Source: a virus. From it: a stretch of 64,000 nucleotides of DNA. Made by a program: the position numbers and the translations under genes. Shown piece by piece: positions 58,310 through 64,000 of this stretch. A model generated the notes under the pieces. That model made no database searches. It saw only the letters and a list, made by a program, of their open reading frames with translations, and had not been told where the DNA came from. The number at the start of each line of letters is the position of its first letter. Position 1 is the stretch's first letter. The stretch spans positions 34,980 through 98,979 of IMG/VR virus record IMGVR_UViG_3300014613_000020; one strand, written 5' to 3'.

Positions 58310-58599
58310 TGAATTTTACCTATCCTGATAGAGGAGAAAATAATGAGTGAGATTAGAATTGGATGGTGTTGGGAAACGGGGAGGCGAACGGAAGAGTTAG
58401 TGGGTGAGCGGGTTGGCTACAAATTCTGCAATGCTAGAGGTGAGGAGCTTGGGCCACAGGACAACGAACCAACCTTGGTTCGCGTATGGGCGGACAACCA
58501 AACCATCATCGTTCCATACGCGTACCTGACTGACATTTTGATGATGTGAGCCTCCAGAAGTATTGACACGGATAGGCCATGCCATAAGGAGATAATAAA

Positions 58600-60808
58600 A
58601 TGGCAGAACCTACTCTCAACGATCAAATGTAGGTCGTTGTAAAATCTCTCCTGAATAACGGGAACGCCTGAGATGGCTACCCGAGGCAAGCAAGCGCAAG
58701 CTGTGCAGCCGCAGAGAAGCAAGCGGAGAGACACCCAAAAGGGTGATGCGGTGCTCCGAACCTATGACGAAATCAAGCATAGGAACTAGGCAGAAATGAC
58801 CTAGTCACATCAGAAATGATGGGGTAACAGCAAGCTACACGTAAATGCACCACTAACAAATATCTCTATTGCTTATCGCAACCCAGTTTATGTAGCTGAT
58901 ACAGTTTTTCCTCTGGTGCGAGTAAACAAGCAAAGTGATATCTATATCAAGTACGACAAATCGGATTAAAGAATCAGTCCCCCTATAGAGTGATCTATAG
59001 GTGCAAAGCTCTCAAATTCGGCGAACGCTGAGAAGAGATTATCATAGAATAATCCGCCAACGCCGAGCCAACCTTAATTGTACTTTGACAGCCAAAAAGA
59101 CATCGCAGCAGATGGATTGGGGCAATTGTTTAGAGCAGTTATAACACGATGACATGAGGAACAGAGAGTGATAAGATTATCAAGTTTGTTACTCCGGCCA
59201 ATTAGATGATGAACAGCAAGACTTGATCTTTTACCATCTGAATGGTCACGAAAGCATATTTGACAAAGGTAATGATCACGCTCAAGAACTTTGTTATAAT
59301 TTCCTCTCATTTTGTTCAGATTTCGTTGGTATTTTATCTTTTCAAGGCATTGATCACAATATCTATCTGAATGAGATGAAAGTGGATCTCCACAACTATA
59401 ACAGAATCCAGATTCCATACGTTTTTGTCTATACAACTTCATTTCGGAACGTTCTATCCTGAGGTGCTTTTCACAATAGACAGTAGAGACAGAAGAAAGA
59501 ATGCCACTACAACGTACACAAACGCCATCAGATTTTCGTTTTTTATATCTTTGAGATTTACCACGTTTAGCACGCTCTAAACAAGTACGACAGGATGTAT
59601 AACCTGGTTCTGGGGTACGACTACATCGGCAAAGTCCTCGTGCAACGTAGACGGTTGCTGCTATTGTACCATTAGCAACACCTAATGCTTTAGCAGCTCT
59701 ACCAAAGGAACCAAAAAATGCATAAGCCTCAATTCTCTGAGCTAAGATTTGAGTGGGTACACTTTTCTTTCTGCCCATATTTAATCTCCTATATCACTAA
59801 ACCAATTGTCTCTAAACCATTATACCACAAATTGGGGATTAAGTCAAATCTGTTAATTGGTACAATTTAAGAAGTGTGTAGAGATCAGACGGGAGCATAC
59901 TCAAATGAGTATATGGCATGATCCGATCTGCAACAAAAATGAAGTTGCAGAGGTTCACAGAAATGATGAACCCGCCTACAAAAGTAGGTCAACTAAGTAA
60001 CAGATTGTGGTTTCGAGATGAGGCGGCCCGTCGCGCTCCTGGCGAGGAAGCGAAGCGGTCCGGGTGGAACATTGATAAGACCAATACTTTCTACTGTGAT
60101 AACTTCGCGCTTGGGAAGGATATTCCTGACGAAGTTAGGGCGGGGGCGGACAGCCTCTACACCCTTGATCGTGAGGCAACCATCTTTGTCACAGACCGTC
60201 TACAGCTACAGCGAGATGTAAAATTTGCAGCCACTGCTTTTATAACAGGTGTCTGGGGAACTACAGTCACGGGTAACTCCAGCTTTACCTATTGGGACAC
60301 GTACGCGAGTTCAGACCCAATCAGTGATGTCCACGATGGGGTTGAGACCATCCTGCAGAATACGGGCAAGGTTGCTAATACACTGCTAATGGGGTTTCAG
60401 GTTTTCAACGAGTTGCAGGACCATCCAGACTTCCTAGACAGAATCAAGTACACTAATGTCGGCATAGTCACCGAGGACTTGATGGCGCGTGTATTTGGTG
60501 TCGAACGTGTCATAGTAGCACGACCTATCTACACGACTGATCTTCAACTCAACACTATCGCAGCGTACAGTTTTATCTTCGGGAAGAATGCACTTCTTGC
60601 CTACGTCGCACCGCGTCCTAGTCTCATGGAACCGTCTGCTGGGTACACCTTCTGGTGGGATGGTGGATTTGGCGGGAACGGCCCTCAGATAATCAGCAAC
60701 AGGCGTGATGGTGCGCGCCACACTGATGTGGTAGAAGGATTCTCCTGGTACGATCAGGTTTTGACTTCAACGGACTGTGGGTACTTTTTCCTAACAGCTG
60801 TTAGCTAA
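58600..60808 (+). CDS. major capsid protein, join(58600..58623, 58835..58966, 60008..60808), about 318 aa
   Basis: The spliced product MAEPTLND|LHVNAPLTNISIAYRN...YDKSD|WFRDEAARRAPG...PSAGYTF..GYFFLTAVS is in frame and looks like a phage capsid protein. Confidence 0.9.
58624..58834 (+). ncRNA. group I intron 1 in the capsid gene (211 nt, no ORF)
   Basis: P1 CAACGAU|C paired with GGUCGUUG, U.G at the splice site; P10 UGUAG/CUACA; terminal G; P7-like GAGAAGCA/UGCUCC. Confidence 0.88.
59074..59778 (-). CDS. HNH homing endonuclease with Cys-rich repeats, intron-encoded, antisense
   Basis: VLERDHYLCQIC...LAVHH..NKLDNLITLCSSCH; AGGAG RBS. Confidence 0.9.
   Translation of the reverse strand: MGRKKSVPTQILAQRIEAYAFFGSFGRAAKALGVANGTIAATVYVARGLCRCSRTPEPGYTSCRTCLERAKRGKSQRYKKRKSDGVCVRCSGILSSVSTVYCEKHLRIERSEMKLYRQKRMESGFCYSCGDPLSSHSDRYCDQCLEKIKYQRNLNKMRGNYNKVLERDHYLCQICFRDHSDGKRSSLAVHHLIGRSNKLDNLITLCSSCHRVITALNNCPNPSAAMSFWLSKYN
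59819..59847 (-). promoter_or_regulatory. promoter for the antisense HNH gene
   Basis: Minus strand TTGACT-17-TATAAT. Confidence 0.8.
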
Positions 60809-60902
60809 TAGATTATCAACAACCGAATGAGAAGCGGTTTGTTTCTTCTCCTATCGGACCGGGCCTTGGCGGTCTGTTTCCAAGGCAATAGGAGTATAAA
60901 AT

Positions 60903-62837
60903 ATGGGTATGAATAAGTTTAGGCGGTCTACTCAGCAAAACGGTCCATTCACAGTGGGGTGGAGTGGATCGGGCTATGATGTGACCATGTACACAGCTAC
61001 GGCTGGCTGCAATCTGCTACTTGACGAGTCCACAGATGAGTTAGACTTATCACTTACCACGGAGATTCAGGCGGCCCACAAGTTACAGTTCCGCGATTCG
61101 TCTATCTATCTAAATTCGTCTATTGACGGACGATTGGATGCGGTTGCGGACAACACCATAGTTCTAACGGCAACGTCCATCAACGCTGTTGGTCAGCTTA
61201 ACATCAGTGGGTGCATAGCGATAGCGGATGATCTTGGCATTGCGGGGAGTCTTACCGTTGGGACAAGCGCTAATCTGGGTTCATTAAACGTCTCGGGCTC
61301 GACGCTTCTCACCGGCCCCGTGGCCGCATTGAATGACCTTGCGGTGACGGGTTCACTCACTGTAAGCACAAGCGCTAACATTGCTGGAGAACTAAATGTC
61401 GCAGGATCAGTGAAAATAGTAGATACCGCTCAGGCTATAGATGCTTGGGCCAAGGAAATAAAACTTGGTGGGGATACAACCGATTATCAAAATAGGACCG
61501 ATGCCACGCAAAAAGCAGGTATTTACTCAGTCCCACACTATACAAATGCAGAAGAGTCAGTATTGGGGGTAAGAGTATTAGCTCAAGTAACTAATAACGT
61601 ACTAGAGCTTGGTGGGGGAACTACTGACTATAACGCAGCAACTAACGTAAAAATCTATACTGCGGCAAATAACATAACTGTAGGTGGCACACAACGAGCA
61701 CTCTTCGACGAAATCGGTAGTTTCCTCATCGGTGACACTACAAACGCCAATATGACCCAGGGCCTTACGATCAACCAGGCCGCCACCGACGATGAGATAC
61801 TAGCGCTGAAGTCGAGCGATGTAGTGCATACGCTAACCACACTCGTCGAAGCTGATACCTATGCTGCCATGCAGAAACTATCAGCAACCGGTGGTGGGCT
61901 GCTGCTTGGTGCCTACTCGGACACGGACGCGACTGCGCTCGTCTTGCGGGGTGTCATCGGGGCGACTGACCCGACGGACACTGTGCCTGCCGTCCAAATT
62001 CGCGGTGGTAAGCAGACTGGCACGACTGGTGTCGCACTCGGTGCTGCCGAGACGGTATTCCAGATCTCAGATTGGGATGACTCAGCTCAGCTCGTGACAG
62101 TGCTGGGTAACGGCAATGTCGGCATCGGGACGCCGACACCGGTGGCGGCGTTAGATATCACTGGTTCACTAAATGTAACGGGTTCACTGGCTATCTCTGG
62201 ATGTACGACTGCCGGATTGTTAGGTGTTACTGGTTCAACGTCTTTGGCGGTCACACAAGTAGGCGATGGCACGAACTATACTGCATTCGCAGCTGATGGA
62301 TTAATGACAATGGCTGCAACAGCGCGGGTCATCAAGGAACTGTGGTTCCCCGCCAAGAATATCTCATGCAACACAGGCAAGAACTGGACAGCGGGCTCAC
62401 ACAACTCTGCTAGCACATACGCGTGGCAATACACAAACTCAGCCACTGAAGGAAGTGCGTTTATAGACTTTGGCGTGCCGTCAGACATGGACATAACTGC
62501 TACAGGCAGTATAGATGTTCTATGGTCTTCTGGGTGTGTTGCTGCCGCAAATGCAAGTATGCTTATCGGATATAACTACTTTGGAATAGGTGATGGTGGT
62601 ACTCCTGGTGGGACGGGTGCTCTGGCTGGGGTGGAAGCATCTGGTGCGGGCGCCGCATCTGCATTCGAGTATGCAAATGTGACAGCTGCACTTGTAGCCC
62701 CTGCAGCGAGTACAAAGCTCATGACCGTCAAACTGGTTTACATCCCGAACACAGCTCAGACGAGTGCGGGGTCAACCTTCCAACTCAATGGCATAGTTGT
62801 GAAGTATATAGCTAATAAGCTAGGGACGGCAACGTAA
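60903..62837 (+). CDS. virion fibre / decoration-like protein, Thr/Ser/Gly-rich
   Basis: GNVGIGTPTP motif, repeated [VI][TSA]G[SC] beta repeats; follows the capsid gene. Confidence 0.75.
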   Translation: MGMNKFRRSTQQNGPFTVGWSGSGYDVTMYTATAGCNLLLDESTDELDLSLTTEIQAAHKLQFRDSSIYLNSSIDGRLDAVADNTIVLTATSINAVGQLNISGCIAIADDLGIAGSLTVGTSANLGSLNVSGSTLLTGPVAALNDLAVTGSLTVSTSANIAGELNVAGSVKIVDTAQAIDAWAKEIKLGGDTTDYQNRTDATQKAGIYSVPHYTNAEESVLGVRVLAQVTNNVLELGGGTTDYNAATNVKIYTAANNITVGGTQRALFDEIGSFLIGDTTNANMTQGLTINQAATDDEILALKSSDVVHTLTTLVEADTYAAMQKLSATGGGLLLGAYSDTDATALVLRGVIGATDPTDTVPAVQIRGGKQTGTTGVALGAAETVFQISDWDDSAQLVTVLGNGNVGIGTPTPVAALDITGSLNVTGSLAISGCTTAGLLGVTGSTSLAVTQVGDGTNYTAFAADGLMTMAATARVIKELWFPAKNISCNTGKNWTAGSHNSASTYAWQYTNSATEGSAFIDFGVPSDMDITATGSIDVLWSSGCVAAANASMLIGYNYFGIGDGGTPGGTGALAGVEASGAGAASAFEYANVTAALVAPAASTKLMTVKLVYIPNTAQTSAGSTFQLNGIVVKYIANKLGTAT

Positions 62838-63544
62838 TGGAGAAAGACACTAGAGATCGTTATATCCAAGGGGCGCTGATAGTCGGGGCGTCCGGCATTG
62901 GGGCTGGTCAGGACTTCACAGCACACGGCACCACCACAGGCAGCAAGCTCTGGTGGGATCAGTCTAGTGACGAAGTGAATGTTCGGGGCAAACTAAACAT
63001 CACGGGCTCCACAACGCTCACAAACGCCGGGCGAGTGTATAAGGAAATCAACTTCAAGGCCAAAGACTTTGACGTGACGGATGGTAATGCAGCGGTGGGT
63101 CAGTACAACTCCCTCTATCCTGCCATCCTTATGACAGGAACAGAGAGTGGTAGTGCTGACGTGGTCGTCTACGTATGGGAGAGAACGCCAATCGACCTTG
63201 ACACGTCCGCCTGCCTGACAGCATATGCCATATGGAGTGCGGACACTGCGGCAGCGTCACAGGCGGCGGAACTCGACCTGAAGTGGAAACACTATGGGGA
63301 TGGTGAGGCGACTGCAGGTACGACAGGTTCTATAGCGGCCACAAAGTTCTTGGCAACGGCATCGGATGCTAATGCAATAGAGGTATCTACGTTGACGGCG
63401 TCCGTTGACCCACCGGCGGTGGGAGACATGATGGGGTTCACTTTTACCTATCAATCCGCGGGATCGAGCACGACGGGGAGCGACTTCCAATTACATGGAC
63501 TTACATTACGTTACATCGCCAACAAACTCGGGGCGGCTACATAG
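62837..63544 (+). CDS. virion protein paralogous to the termini of 60903-62837
   Basis: Shared N-terminal pattern and C-terminal FQL.G...YIANKLG.AT. Confidence 0.75.
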   Translation: MEKDTRDRYIQGALIVGASGIGAGQDFTAHGTTTGSKLWWDQSSDEVNVRGKLNITGSTTLTNAGRVYKEINFKAKDFDVTDGNAAVGQYNSLYPAILMTGTESGSADVVVYVWERTPIDLDTSACLTAYAIWSADTAAASQAAELDLKWKHYGDGEATAGTTGSIAATKFLATASDANAIEVSTLTASVDPPAVGDMMGFTFTYQSAGSSTTGSDFQLHGLTLRYIANKLGAAT

Positions 63545-64000
63545 GGAGTTCCTTGACGGCACGACTGAAGGGGTTGCTGAAGATCAGATAATACATGGTG
63601 ACTTTCAAGAGATTATCAATATCCTAGAACCACATTGGGCTGATCTGATAGTCTCGGGTCCGAGTGTACACGGTAATGGTGATGAGCGATGGGGGAGGGA
63701 ACTCTCTTGGGTAGAATCGTGGAAGGTAGCGTTAAAAGAGTGTGGCATACTTGCTATTGTAGGGCCAATGCACTTCATGTGGACTATAGGACGGGCTATG
63801 CAGCAAGTGAAGTGTGCTATCCATTATGTCACTCGTGTCACGGTAAAAAATAGTTTAGCGAACTTCTCATCACAAGCTGTCATAATTGCTACATCAGATA
63901 ACCGTGCGGATGCTGTTGGTCCGGTGAACCTTGAGTTTGAGATTCTTACAAAGCCCAACCATTCTAATGGATTCCATCTGGAGTTGGGTCAGAGACTGGT
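63495..64000 (+). CDS. partial ORF resembling a degenerate DNA methyltransferase N-terminus (start uncertain, runs off the window)
   Basis: DQIIHGDFQEIINILEPHWADLIVSGPS...LKECG; SGPS stands where (D/S)PPY is expected. Confidence 0.4.
   Translation, partial: MDLHYVTSPTNSGRLHREFLDGTTEGVAEDQIIHGDFQEIINILEPHWADLIVSGPSVHGNGDERWGRELSWVESWKVALKECGILAIVGPMHFMWTIGRAMQQVKCAIHYVTRVTVKNSLANFSSQAVIIATSDNRADAVGPVNLEFEILTKPNHSNGFHLELGQRL

Larger units (their letters stand above)
58967..60007 (+). ncRNA. group I intron 2 in the capsid gene (1041 nt) carrying an antisense HNH gene
   Basis: P1 GGAU|U paired with AGUCC, U.G at the splice site; P10 GAAUCA/UGGUUU; P7 GAGAUCA/UGAUCC; terminal G. Confidence 0.9.

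Noticed and set aside
59918-60007. ORF-track N-terminus of the capsid protein (MIRSATKMK...)
   Set aside because: This is the intron 2 3' core read in frame; the true start is 58600.
1-64000. Genome-wide TGA-to-Trp reassignment, suggested by the MTase stops
   Set aside because: Many intact genes end in TGA with ATGA-coupled neighbours and use TGG for Trp; only one gene shows internal TGA.

Overview
This window is 64 kb of a large tailed dsDNA phage genome. Nearly all genes are on the + strand, and the host is plausibly a Chloroflexota bacterium (inferred from the style of DnaN and the endolysin). Gene order: (1) replication module (UvrD/PcrA helicase, putative SSB, primase, DnaB, family A polymerase, beta clamp, ThyX-like) with three DNA methyltransferases; (2) endolysin and terminase; (3) a ~22 kb region holding a nonulosonic/ulosonic-acid sugar pathway and glycan-tailoring enzymes between terminase and portal; (4) small genes behind a repeated promoter element; (5) portal, MuF-like protein, ChaB-protease, scaffold, decoration protein, a major capsid gene split by two group I introns, and two fibre-like proteins. 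The three clear minus-strand genes are selfish nucleases with their own sigma70-type promoters: a Vsr/DUF559-type homing endonuclease that appears to have replaced the 5' end of its target methyltransferase, a solo TnpB, and an HNH gene antisense inside capsid intron 2. Other notable signals: about 20 copies of the palindrome TTTTGYRCAAAA; many accessory genes bracketed by direct repeats of the stop/RBS/start junction or of the next gene's 5' end; a methyltransferase with TGA at two conserved Trp positions; clamp-binding-like tails on all three methyltransferases; a tRNA-like RNA. All functional calls come from motif recognition by eye; no searches were run.
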